A stretch of 64,000 nt of DNA from Bacteroidales bacterium (GTDB taxonomy: Bacteria; Bacteroidota; Bacteroidia; Bacteroidales; UBA12077). Below are positions 38,101-48,090 of this stretch, piece by piece (the stretch's first letter is position 1; each line of letters begins with the position of its first letter). The translations under genes were made by a program, and so were the position numbers. The stretch is from assembly GCA_028282585.1 (NCBI GenBank), contig JANQHR010000047.1:64001-128000 (forward strand), written 5' to 3'. The notes beneath the pieces are model-generated. The model was not told where the DNA came from, searched no databases, and saw only the letters and a list, made by a program, of their open reading frames with translations.

Positions 38101-41100
38101 TCAATCGTTTTTTTCTTCTTTTTCCTTCCTGCTAATTTTGTTCCAAAATTTATTCATTAATTCCGAAAATGAACTAAATTCTTCTCTGTAGAAAATGCCA
38201 ACACCTTGAGTATAAGGAGCATCTTCATATATTTGCTTATCGTTAGATTCATTAAATGCTCTTAAACGTAGTTTTCCGCTTTTATTTAATTTTACTTCAA
38301 TATTAACGTCACCTACTATATTGCTGGCTTGATCAACTGTTTGTCCACCATATCCAACATTACCATCAATACTTACCCGGTCATCAAATATTTGGGTAGA
38401 TAATGCTACTTCAACCTGGTCTCTTGTAATTTCATCTCCTGGTCTGTAATTTACTCCTAGATCCCATTCATCACTTATTTGAGATAACCAATGGCTTAAC
38501 TGGTTTGATAGTAATTCGCTAGTTGTTACGGTTCCTAATCCGGCAGAACCGGTAGAAGCTGAAGAACTTTCCGTATCACTTTGTTCCCTAATAAATGTAT
38601 TTAATACAAGTAATGAAAGGAACTGTTTATTAAGTTTTTCTTCCGTATTTATTGCTGTTTGTAATAATGTTTTAGCTTCTTCATCAGCAGTTGGAAGGTC
38701 AATGTTAAACCTGATATCAGGATTTAATAATCGGTTAGTCAGGAAAATCTGGCAATCAACAGGGATTCTTCTTCGATAATCATCATCAGAATAATAAGAA
38801 GTTGTTGAATCGATTAAGGTACTTAATGACGTTCTTAAACTATAAATTGCTTCAATATCAATATTAGCTACATTAGGTTCTCCACTCCAGACAATACTTC
38901 CACCTCTTTCAATTTCAAACTTTTTATTGATTACGTTCTGAAGTGTAAACAAATAATCTCCTTCCTCAATATTGAAATCACCATACATTTTAAAATCATT
39001 ATCTGAATTGATTTCCATCTTAATATCGCCTTCTCCCTTACTACGTATTATATCGCCAATTTTAGAGTCAAAAATTAATAGTGCCTCAGCATCCGGAGTA
39101 ACTTCAAGATCAAAATTTAACCTAAAACCAGAATAATTAAAATTGTATTCAGGTTCATTAGGTTCTACATTTTCTTTTTTGTTAACGAATGTTATAAAGT
39201 TTCCATATTCACTATCCTGAAATCTTGTTAATGGAATGTTTATTTTGGTATTTTTTTCTGTTTTGGCAGAAATATCTAAAAATGTACTTTCCCTATCACC
39301 AGTTATTTTTACAATTCCAGACATAAAAGCTGTACCAAAAAATGACTCATTATCGTTATTATCGGTATTTAGAGATAAGACATTGTCGGCATCTATTCTG
39401 AAATCGAAATCTATATTTTTATTGTTGCCAAACTTTACAAAACCATTTGTTGTTCCTTTGTTATTGAAAGGATCAAATACGTCAACATTTTTAAAAACTA
39501 ATGAGTTGTTTTCAACAAATGCTTCAGTCGTAAAATTATATCTGGTTTTGATATAATCGATATTCATGGCAGCATCCTGCATATATAAGCTTCCATTAAA
39601 AACAGGTTTGTTTAATGTCCCTGTCACAAGAACGGTTCCATCGCTTTGACCCGAAATATCCGACGCAAATCCACTTAAATAAGGGTTTAAGACATTTAAT
39701 CCCAATTTATCTAAAACTATATTGAACATTATGTTATTCTCCTCGGGGTAGTAGTTCCCGGAAATATTAATAGTTCTTTGATTGTTACGTAAAGTAGAGG
39801 CTTCCAGTTGAATCGCATTGATGCTTTCAATCCATCTGCTATATATCTGGGTTTGTCCGAATTCTTCATCATTTAATACAAGGTTGTCAATTTCAATATC
39901 TGAATAGAACAACGGATTATTAAAAATACTTGAAAAGTTAGCTTTTCCGTTTATAATGCCTTCAAAATCTAATTTCTTTTCTTTAGTAATAATATTAAGA
40001 TGAGATAAGTTTAAGTTTTCGAACTCAAAAAATAAAGTATCAACAGGATTTTCAGATACTTTACCATCTATGGCAAAATTTTGATTACCATGATTAATTC
40101 TAAATTGATTAAAGAAAATTGAAGTTGTATCAATATTTATTTGTGATTTGCTGATATACCAAAGAGAATCGCTTACAATAACTTGTGAAGGTAATATGGT
40201 GATTCTATAAGACGGATCATCATACGGTACCTTTTGTTTAATTAGTGTTGATGCAAGAATTTTTCCTTCATAGGCTGTTGTATCGGCATTTTGCCAATCA
40301 ATTTTCACATCAATATTATTTCTGTGGGTTAGGGAAGTTGTTTTAAAGTTTTCTAATTCAAAATAGTTATTTAAAAAAAAGCTTTCGCATTTAGTAAATG
40401 CTGTAAATATGCTATCATTAGAGAAAGTAGATGCGGTTAAATTTGAAAAGGTGTGGTTTTTATATTTTAATTCTTTGGTGAAGGCATTTAAATACAAACT
40501 TTTTTCATCGGCATTATAACTTAACTCTATATTAGAATTATCTGCCAAATAAACGTTTGGAAGAAAAAAGCTGCTTAACAAGTGAGTCTTTTTTAAATTT
40601 AAGTTTAATGAAAAGTGATTGTTGTAATCAACCCTTAATGTATCATCAGGATTTTTTACTAAGTTAGGAAGATAATTAAAATAAAGATTTTTAATTGATT
40701 GAATTAATGTACTTGATTTGTATGTTCCTATAAGCTTAGTATCAATATAATCTGATTTTAGTTCGATTCTATGCGTATCGGCAATATGTTCAGATATAAG
40801 CATTAAAGTGTCAAATACCATATCGGTATTTAATTTTCTTAATTTAGTGTTACTAAATTTTATTTCTCCTACCGCATTATCAATATCAATTCCTTCAAAA
40901 TTTGCATTAACATTAAACGATAAATTTGCCGTACTATCTTTGGTGTCAATATTTAAGCCATATAAATCTGTATTTGGAACAGATGCAGTAAAATTGAAAC
41001 TTGGAATTTCTTTTGAGAAATCAATTCCTCCCTGGAAATTTAATTCAATATTTGGGTCGGAAATACTTACAAAACCATCGTAAGTTCTTTCCGTAAGCAG

Positions 41101-42582
41101 ACCATCTATCTTAACATTTTGGTAGTTGTATTTATTAATTTCAATATTGTGAACTATTCCTTTTGTTGTTGCGTTAATTTCTTTCTTCGAATTAATTGAT
41201 CCATTTATATTGGCATCCATACTAATTTCTCCGACCCGTTCGGTTTGAGGGAACAATTCTCCAACATTGAAGTTCTTTGTTGCAAGATTACCACTAAAAG
41301 CTAGTGTTTGCGAAGTGTCTGGTTGTAAAGATAGGTCAGTTGACACATTACCTAAATTAGAGGTAAATTTTCCATAAGTAACAAAATTATCGTAAAAACC
41401 TGCAAAATTTCCTTTATAATGGACAATGCCAAGTTTTTCGAAACTCTCGGGGACGGAGATTCCTTTTTTATTTTTAAAAAATCTGTTTATAATTTCAAGA
41501 TCCTGTGCTTGTGTTGTTAATTTTTTGAAATCGGCAAAAATGAACATTTCATTATGGTTTGGTAGACCGTTGAGTCCAAAATCCATTATTAATTCGGTTT
41601 GCTCACCGATGTGAAATGTAACATCTTCTCCCTTAAAGGTATTAAGTTTACTATGGACTCTTCCTGAAAGCACTGTGTTAAGTTCAATTCCTCTGAAAAC
41701 TCCAGCGTAATAGCCAAGATCAATAAAGCTAAGGTTAGATTCTTGAAGTGCAAAATCCAAATAAACATTCTTTGCAAATTGTTGATATACATCATAATCT
41801 TTATGTCGAAAAACAAGAGAATCTGAATTTATATATGAATATGGTGTTCTGATTTTAACATTTTTGAAAATCATGTGTTTCTTACCAATACTCATATGAA
41901 AATTGACATTATAAGCAGCAAAACCAGTTTTTTCTCTGAATTTCAGTTTCTTTGCATAGAAATCTACAACACCATTTTCAACTTTAAGATCTCTTACGTC
42001 TAAATTTTCAATATAACATACTAAGTCATTAAAGTTTATTACTCCTTCCGGCTTTTCTTTTTTACGAACTGATTTAAACCAAAACACGGATTGATGCATT
42101 TCAATATTTTTAAATGAAACTTTCCATTTTTTTTGAGAAGGTGTTGAATCATTTAAATTAATTGAATCCTTATTAGTTAATGGTTCATTCGAGAATTTTA
42201 AATTGATTGGTTTTAACGTATCAAATTTATGCAGATATATTCTGGCGTTGTATAAATCAATGTTTTTAATATCAATAATCTTTTTTGTTCTATCAAACTT
42301 ACTTAGGTTACAAATCATTTCACCAGAGTAAAATAAAGTATCTTTAAACTGATCTTCCACATAAACGTTTTTTAAGATAATTTTGTTAAAGAATCTGAAA
42401 TTGACCGATTCAACTTCAATTTTAGCTTCCAGATTTTCCGAAATCTCTTCTGCAATTTGCTTAGTAAGGTATGTTTGGATTTGCTTATTTTGAAGTATAA
42501 AAAAAGCAGTTGTAGGTATAGCAAATAATACCAACAAGAAAATAATCAATATTTTATATAATTTTTTAATATTTTTGCGCAT
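38101..42582 (-). CDS. tamB: TamB/AsmA-like (DUF490) protein
   Basis: 1493 aa, N-terminal TM anchor, beta-rich body, C-terminal QFLSLLVLN..F and YTQGVGIFY.EF. Confidence 0.85.
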   Translation of the reverse strand: MRKNIKKLYKILIIFLLVLFAIPTTAFFILQNKQIQTYLTKQIAEEISENLEAKIEVESVNFRFFNKIILKNVYVEDQFKDTLFYSGEMICNLSKFDRTKKIIDIKNIDLYNARIYLHKFDTLKPINLKFSNEPLTNKDSINLNDSTPSQKKWKVSFKNIEMHQSVFWFKSVRKKEKPEGVINFNDLVCYIENLDVRDLKVENGVVDFYAKKLKFREKTGFAAYNVNFHMSIGKKHMIFKNVKIRTPYSYINSDSLVFRHKDYDVYQQFAKNVYLDFALQESNLSFIDLGYYAGVFRGIELNTVLSGRVHSKLNTFKGEDVTFHIGEQTELIMDFGLNGLPNHNEMFIFADFKKLTTQAQDLEIINRFFKNKKGISVPESFEKLGIVHYKGNFAGFYDNFVTYGKFTSNLGNVSTDLSLQPDTSQTLAFSGNLATKNFNVGELFPQTERVGEISMDANINGSINSKKEINATTKGIVHNIEINKYNYQNVKIDGLLTERTYDGFVSISDPNIELNFQGGIDFSKEIPSFNFTASVPNTDLYGLNIDTKDSTANLSFNVNANFEGIDIDNAVGEIKFSNTKLRKLNTDMVFDTLMLISEHIADTHRIELKSDYIDTKLIGTYKSSTLIQSIKNLYFNYLPNLVKNPDDTLRVDYNNHFSLNLNLKKTHLLSSFFLPNVYLADNSNIELSYNADEKSLYLNAFTKELKYKNHTFSNLTASTFSNDSIFTAFTKCESFFLNNYFELENFKTTSLTHRNNIDVKIDWQNADTTAYEGKILASTLIKQKVPYDDPSYRITILPSQVIVSDSLWYISKSQINIDTTSIFFNQFRINHGNQNFAIDGKVSENPVDTLFFEFENLNLSHLNIITKEKKLDFEGIINGKANFSSIFNNPLFYSDIEIDNLVLNDEEFGQTQIYSRWIESINAIQLEASTLRNNQRTINISGNYYPEENNIMFNIVLDKLGLNVLNPYLSGFASDISGQSDGTVLVTGTLNKPVFNGSLYMQDAAMNIDYIKTRYNFTTEAFVENNSLVFKNVDVFDPFNNKGTTNGFVKFGNNKNIDFDFRIDADNVLSLNTDNNDNESFFGTAFMSGIVKITGDRESTFLDISAKTEKNTKINIPLTRFQDSEYGNFITFVNKKENVEPNEPEYNFNYSGFRLNFDLEVTPDAEALLIFDSKIGDIIRSKGEGDIKMEINSDNDFKMYGDFNIEEGDYLFTLQNVINKKFEIERGGSIVWSGEPNVANIDIEAIYSLRTSLSTLIDSTTSYYSDDDYRRRIPVDCQIFLTNRLLNPDIRFNIDLPTADEEAKTLLQTAINTEEKLNKQFLSLLVLNTFIREQSDTESSSASTGSAGLGTVTTSELLSNQLSHWLSQISDEWDLGVNYRPGDEITRDQVEVALSTQIFDDRVSIDGNVGYGGQTVDQASNIVGDVNIEVKLNKSGKLRLRAFNESNDKQIYEDAPYTQGVGIFYREEFSSFSELMNKFWNKISRKEKEEKND

Positions 42583-42642
42583 TAAATCTCTAACGCAAAA
42601 GAAGCAAAAAAAATTATAATATACTCAAAATCTAAGGACTAA

Positions 42643-43662
42643 ATGGACATTACAATACTTGGGATTGAATCATCTTGTGACGATACTTCTGCGGCAATAA
42701 TTAAGAATGGTTATCTATTATCGAATGTAATAGCTAATCAGAATGTTCATAAAGCTTATGGAGGAGTTGTGCCGGAACTTGCATCAAGAGCTCATCAGCA
42801 AAACATAATTCCGGTTGTTGATCAGGCCATAAAGCTTGCTAATACCTCTAAAGATGAAATTAGTGCTGTAGCATTTACTCGTGGACCAGGGCTTTTAGGT
42901 TCTTTACTTGTTGGAACTTCATTTGCTAAATCTTTTTCGTTAGCAATGGATATCCCTTTAGTTGAAATCAATCATCTTCAGGCTCATATTTTAGTACATT
43001 TTATAAAAGAGTTAGAAAAGAAGAAGGATATTCCGGAATTTCCATTTTTATGTTTACTTGTTTCAGGAGGCCATACACAAATTGTGCTGATAAACGATTA
43101 TTTGGAGATGGAAGTTATTGGGCAAACAATTGATGATGCGGCAGGAGAAGCTTTTGATAAATGCGCTAAAGTGATCGGTTTACCATACCCTGGAGGACCA
43201 GTAGTTGATAAAAACGCTCAAAATGGTAATCAGGAAGCTTTTAAATTCAGCAAACCACGAATTAAGGATCTAGATTACAGTTTTAGTGGATTAAAAACAT
43301 CATTTTTATACTTTATTCGTGATAGTATTAAAGTAAATCCGGATTTTGTACAAGAAAATATGAATGATCTTTGCGCAAGTGTTCAATATACCATAATTGA
43401 TATTTTAATTGATAAATTGAAATTAGCGGTTAAACAAACGGGAATTAACAGAATAGCGGTTGCCGGAGGAGTTTCCGCAAATTCAGGATTACGAAATGTT
43501 TTATTAGATATTGCAGGAAAGTATGGTTGGAAAACCTTTATTCCTGACTTTAAATTTACAACCGATAATGCTGCTATGATAGCAATTACAGGATATTATA
43601 AATATCTGAATAAGGATTTTGCAAGCCAGGATATAGCACCTTTAGCAAGATTTCCTTATTAG
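42643..43662 (+). CDS. tsaD: tRNA threonylcarbamoyladenosine transferase
   Basis: LGIESSCDDT, GGVVPELASRAH, HLQAH, DDAAGEAFDK and DNAAMI motifs. Confidence 0.97.
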   Translation: MDITILGIESSCDDTSAAIIKNGYLLSNVIANQNVHKAYGGVVPELASRAHQQNIIPVVDQAIKLANTSKDEISAVAFTRGPGLLGSLLVGTSFAKSFSLAMDIPLVEINHLQAHILVHFIKELEKKKDIPEFPFLCLLVSGGHTQIVLINDYLEMEVIGQTIDDAAGEAFDKCAKVIGLPYPGGPVVDKNAQNGNQEAFKFSKPRIKDLDYSFSGLKTSFLYFIRDSIKVNPDFVQENMNDLCASVQYTIIDILIDKLKLAVKQTGINRIAVAGGVSANSGLRNVLLDIAGKYGWKTFIPDFKFTTDNAAMIAITGYYKYLNKDFASQDIAPLARFPY

Positions 43663-44930
43663 TTTTTTTGGGGTTTAACACTAAATAAAGGACTTAAAAT
43701 TACAATTGATAATGCTATTACGGCTAAAGAAATGCCAACCCCAAATTTATCAGCAATAAAACCAAGTAATGGTGCAATTATAGCTGATATTAAGCTTTTG
43801 GATTGAGAATTTAAGGATAGAGCAGTTGCTAAAACGTTATCTTTGTATAAATTACTTACATAAGCTACTCCAATTGGATTTCTTAAATTTTCAATTAGAA
43901 AAATCAGAACATATAAGATTATTGATGCTAGAAAAAAACCATAGTGAAAGAAAATACCGCATAACAAGATAAAAATAAATCCTAAATACATTGTAAGATT
44001 TAACGAATTCTCCATTGATCTTAATTGGTCCTTTAACCTACCTGCTCTCCTGGTTATAAAAGAAGTAAGTAAATAGATTACAAAGTAGATGATGCCGATT
44101 AAAATTGCAGATCTTTGATTAGCCGTAAAGTAAAGAAAAAAGGGTAATGAAAGGGCAAAGGTTTGGATAACAGGTTGGAGGTAATCTTTTATCGATCGGT
44201 GAAATCCACTGTGTACCGATAAATTTGCAACAGCCTTTAAAATACTTATTTTCCTAAATGAATAAATGATTTCATCAAATACTAATATAAATCTGCCTTT
44301 TATTTTTTTTGATGAAAGTTCACCTTTAACTAAATCCAGCTCCTTGGGGTAAGATGAAACAAGAAAAACATCAATAATATAAGGAATTACAGATATCAAA
44401 AAAATAGTGTTATAGGTACCACTATAAAAAACAATGCCCGCTGCTGCTAAAGATGAAATTGCGGACCCAAACTGTGACCAGGATCTGGTATGACCATAAT
44501 AATGGGCTCGCTGATCTTTCCAACCCTTTATACTTAAATACTCAAAAATCATTGCTTTATGATTTCCGGTTCGGAAAGCATCACCAATAGCATAAAAAAC
44601 TATGGCAATTATAAAACTAAAAAAGGTTTGCGTAAAATGAAATATCATGAATGATATGATATAGAAAACAAAAGACGTTGTAAGAGTCTTTTTCCTGCCA
44701 AATGCATCAGCGAGAATACCTGAAGGTATTTCTAGAATATTTATAAGAATTTCACGAACTGAATAAATAATTCCTATTTGTAGAAAAGAGATATCTTTTT
44801 CAAGAAAAAACAAAATTAAAAATGGTTCGAAGAAACGTAAGTTCTTAAAAAAGCCATATAAACAAAATTTATAATACTGAATATCTTTTACGAATACTGT
44901 ATTCATACAACTTGAACAGCCAAATCCCAA
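43659..44930 (-). CDS. MFS transporter (start codon may be a few codons downstream)
   Basis: LEIPSGILADAFGRKK motif A, about 12 TM segments. Confidence 0.85.
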   Translation of the reverse strand: MGFGCSSCMNTVFVKDIQYYKFCLYGFFKNLRFFEPFLILFFLEKDISFLQIGIIYSVREILINILEIPSGILADAFGRKKTLTTSFVFYIISFMIFHFTQTFFSFIIAIVFYAIGDAFRTGNHKAMIFEYLSIKGWKDQRAHYYGHTRSWSQFGSAISSLAAAGIVFYSGTYNTIFLISVIPYIIDVFLVSSYPKELDLVKGELSSKKIKGRFILVFDEIIYSFRKISILKAVANLSVHSGFHRSIKDYLQPVIQTFALSLPFFLYFTANQRSAILIGIIYFVIYLLTSFITRRAGRLKDQLRSMENSLNLTMYLGFIFILLCGIFFHYGFFLASIILYVLIFLIENLRNPIGVAYVSNLYKDNVLATALSLNSQSKSLISAIIAPLLGFIADKFGVGISLAVIALSIVILSPLFSVKPQKN

Positions 44931-44960
44931 AATTAAAGGGGCTTAAGGCCCCTTATTGTA

Positions 44961-45953
44961 TTATTGATGCTTTTTTAATGATTTTATGGTTATGAATATG
45001 GCACCTATTAATAGTATTAAGAAACTAAAAGCAAATAATGTCTGTCTTTTCACTATTTTCAATATAGGATCATTTTTATTTGTTATATCTGTAATAATAG
45101 ACAATGCAAAATCAGGAAGCCTGGTTGAAGGATCTTGTTCAATAAACATAAATTCCGCATTTAATTCTTGTTTCCTAATATTGAAATTTGATTCCTGATC
45201 GGCTTTCTCATTAAATGACTTTATAATTAAACTATCAGGAATATATCTGTTTAATGGTTCGTCAATCAGAGGAAATTGATAATCAGTATTACCAAACCAG
45301 TAATTTACTGATACAATATTTTTATTTTCCGCGGTAATTTGCTTTAATCGATTAATGAACATTTCCATTATTTTATCTGCTACCTCTGAATAGCTACCTA
45401 TCTCAATTAAAAAACCTCCATCAGGTGATGGCTTGTATGAATATGATTTTAATCTTTTAGTAGAAGATTCAAACTGAAACTTTTCCGCGTAAAATGTTTT
45501 TGACCTTAAAATTTTATTCAAATGATTAATATGTTCTTCTCCGAAAGCAGAAAAATCTAATCCCCAGTCTGGTGTATAAGTTGTATTTACTACAACGTTA
45601 TCATCAATAATGTATAAATCATGAAATGTAGAATCCAGGCCTAATGCTCTTAACTCATTATTTAAATTAACCGAACGAAGATCCCTGTATTGAATTGTGA
45701 GTTTATCTAAAGCTTCTTTTTGAAGATCATAAAATGATTTTTCAAAGGTTTTTAGAGCGGAAACCTGAAAATCACTAATACCAATTATTTCATTTCTTAT
45801 TTTTTGTCTAAGTTCTTGTTCACTCTGCAATTGAATATTAATTGTATCCTGAATAGTAATAGCAGCTAAAATGACATTAAGTAAAAGTACGATTAACGTA
45901 ACTTTTACAAATAATAATCTAAATATCGATTTTCGTTTTGAACTCTTGTCCAT
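44961..45953 (-). CDS. Two-TM protein with a large extracytoplasmic sensor-like domain and no cytoplasmic output domain
   Basis: TM near each terminus; DLYIID..VVVNTTY..D.GLDF Cache-like segment; ends 8 aa after TM2. Confidence 0.6.
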   Translation of the reverse strand: MDKSSKRKSIFRLLFVKVTLIVLLLNVILAAITIQDTINIQLQSEQELRQKIRNEIIGISDFQVSALKTFEKSFYDLQKEALDKLTIQYRDLRSVNLNNELRALGLDSTFHDLYIIDDNVVVNTTYTPDWGLDFSAFGEEHINHLNKILRSKTFYAEKFQFESSTKRLKSYSYKPSPDGGFLIEIGSYSEVADKIMEMFINRLKQITAENKNIVSVNYWFGNTDYQFPLIDEPLNRYIPDSLIIKSFNEKADQESNFNIRKQELNAEFMFIEQDPSTRLPDFALSIITDITNKNDPILKIVKRQTLFAFSFLILLIGAIFITIKSLKKHQ

Positions 45954-46118
45954 AATGATGATTTTTTAATTGAAAAACGATGGTTAAGTTAATAAAAAAG
46001 AAATTAGTAGTAAAGATTTAAATATTTTTTTGCAAAACTTTTAATATTAGATTATTAAAACATTGAGTGAAATTCTTTAAAAAGCTTTATTTTAGTACAA
46101 ATAATAAAAAGTAAGACA

Positions 46119-46985
46119 ATGATTGATATAAAAAAGCACAGTTTGTACCAGGCAATGGAAGTTGATACAGTGATATCAACAGTTTTTAGAGTTTATTTCA
46201 AGAAATTTCTGGTATTATTTATTTCTAGTTTTATTGCAGTATTCGCGATACAGATGATATTTTATCAATTAGGATTTTGGGAATTTTACAGACAAGACTT
46301 CGCCAATTTAGAGGATATTATGTTATTGTATTCAAAATTAATGAGTAAAGTTGCGATTGTATCCGTAACATCAATTATTATTTATGGATTTCTAAATGCA
46401 TTTTTGGTTAATTATTTACTAAAAAGCGATGGCGTTGAGAATCCTAATATTGGAGAGATTTTTACAGAGTCAGTTAGGAAATATTCTATACATATGATAT
46501 TCTTTTTGATTCTTTCTACATTAATTTTAGTATTCGGTATGATTATTGGCGTTCTCGCGTTAATTATCGGATCAATTGTAGCTATGTTATATTTAGGAAC
46601 TGTAATGATCATTGGAGGAACAATTGTGGTTGCAGAAGAGAAAAATGCTATAGAAACGATTGGCAGATCATTTACTTTAGGACATAAAGATTTTTGGCCG
46701 CTTTTAGGATCTCTAATTTTATTCGGTTTAATTATAATTTTGATTTCATTAATTTTTGCAGCCTTAATGGCAATTCCATTTGTATTTATGTTTTTTGAGA
46801 ATTGGAAAGAATCCGGAGATTTTTTAGAATTGTTTAATAGGCAACTTTATGACATTGGATTATGGTCTGTTGTATTTAATTCGCTTGCCTCTGCATTAAT
46901 ATATCCGCTCTATGCAATAATTTCCGTTGTATTGTATTTTAAGGCTAAATTTGTTGAGGATCAGAAGAATATGATTCACCAATAG
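46119..46985 (+). CDS. Hypothetical multi-TM membrane protein (glycerophosphodiesterase membrane-anchor-like)
   Basis: About 6 hydrophobic segments; ..IGRSF.L..K.FW and LYF motifs. Confidence 0.65.
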   Translation: MIDIKKHSLYQAMEVDTVISTVFRVYFKKFLVLFISSFIAVFAIQMIFYQLGFWEFYRQDFANLEDIMLLYSKLMSKVAIVSVTSIIIYGFLNAFLVNYLLKSDGVENPNIGEIFTESVRKYSIHMIFFLILSTLILVFGMIIGVLALIIGSIVAMLYLGTVMIIGGTIVVAEEKNAIETIGRSFTLGHKDFWPLLGSLILFGLIIILISLIFAALMAIPFVFMFFENWKESGDFLELFNRQLYDIGLWSVVFNSLASALIYPLYAIISVVLYFKAKFVEDQKNMIHQ

Positions 46986-47047
46986 AGGGTCGAAAACTAT
47001 AAATTCTGTGTATAAATAAATAATTATTACTTTTTTTTAATTACGAC

Positions 47048-47187
47048 GCAACCTTTTTTAAAACTTGTACATCTACACAGTAGCATCAAGTTATTCTGTA
47101 TTGTTTTCAATACCCTAACCTAAATAACGATACTGCATATGCAGTAATTTTCAAAGACGTGGCGGTGTACTTAGCACCGCTTTTTTT
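47048..47187 (+). ncRNA. Candidate sRNA with ECF-like promoter and intrinsic terminator
   Basis: GCAAC-N17-CATC (47048-47073); TACTGCATATGCAGTA hairpin; GCGGTG/CACCGC plus T7. Confidence 0.45.
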
Positions 47188-47276
47188 AATTTAGAATTTT
47201 GTTTTAGTTGAAAATAATCTGCTGAACAAAATATTTTTTTTAATGTTAAGATAAGAATAAATAGATTGATTTATAT

Positions 47277-48041
47277 ATGATTACTGTTATTTCACCAGCA
47301 AAAAACTTAAACTTTAAAACGTCTTCAAACCTTGATGGTTTTTCGTTACCAGAGTTCCTTGAAGATTCAAGATTACTTATTAATGAATTAAGGAAGTTAA
47401 ATCCCAAAAACATTTCAGAGTTAATGAATGTTAATGAAGAGATTGCAATCTTGAATTTTGAGAGAAATTTGGCCTGGAAGACTCCATTTACTCCAGATAA
47501 TGCGAAACATGCAGTGCTTGCTTTTAATGGGCAGGCTTATATAGGTTTAAAAGCAAGTACGTTCTCTGGTAACGATTTTGTTTTTGCTCAAAAACATTTA
47601 CGAATATTAAGCGGTTTATATGGAATCTTAAGACCATTGGATTTAATTCAGGCCTATCGTTTGGAAATGGGAACCCAATTAAAAAATAAAAAAGGAAAGA
47701 ATTTATATGAGTTTTGGGGCGATAAAATAACCGATTTTATAAACTCTGAGTTAGAAAAACAAAAAAATAAAGTGCTCATAAACCTTGCTTCGAAAGAATA
47801 TTTCAAATCTGTTAAAACAAAGAAAATTAAAGGAGAAATAATTACTCCGGTTTTTAAGGAACAAAAAGGAAATAGTTTTAAAGTTGTTTTTGTTTATGCA
47901 AAGCATGCACGCGGATTAATGAGTAGGTTTATTATTCAAAACAAAATTGAGAATCCTGAAGATATTAAAGCCTTTGATTCTGAAGGATATTTATTTAACA
48001 GAGATTTGTCTACTGAAAAAGAATGGGTATTTACAAGATAA
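47277..48041 (+). CDS. yaaA: Peroxide stress protein YaaA
   Basis: ISPAK, LRILSGLYG.LRPLDLI..YRLEMG, NLAS.EY and K.ARGLM motifs. Confidence 0.95.
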   Translation: MITVISPAKNLNFKTSSNLDGFSLPEFLEDSRLLINELRKLNPKNISELMNVNEEIAILNFERNLAWKTPFTPDNAKHAVLAFNGQAYIGLKASTFSGNDFVFAQKHLRILSGLYGILRPLDLIQAYRLEMGTQLKNKKGKNLYEFWGDKITDFINSELEKQKNKVLINLASKEYFKSVKTKKIKGEIITPVFKEQKGNSFKVVFVYAKHARGLMSRFIIQNKIENPEDIKAFDSEGYLFNRDLSTEKEWVFTR

Positions 48042-48043
48042 TA

Positions 48044-48077
48044 GAATTAGAGGAGAGCAAAAGCTCTCCTCTAATTC
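48044..48077. terminator. 15-bp perfect hairpin between convergent yaaA and the efflux permease gene
   Basis: GAATTAGAGGAGAGC-aaaa-GCTCTCCTCTAATTC. Confidence 0.8.
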
Positions 48078-48090
48078 AACTAACCTATGA

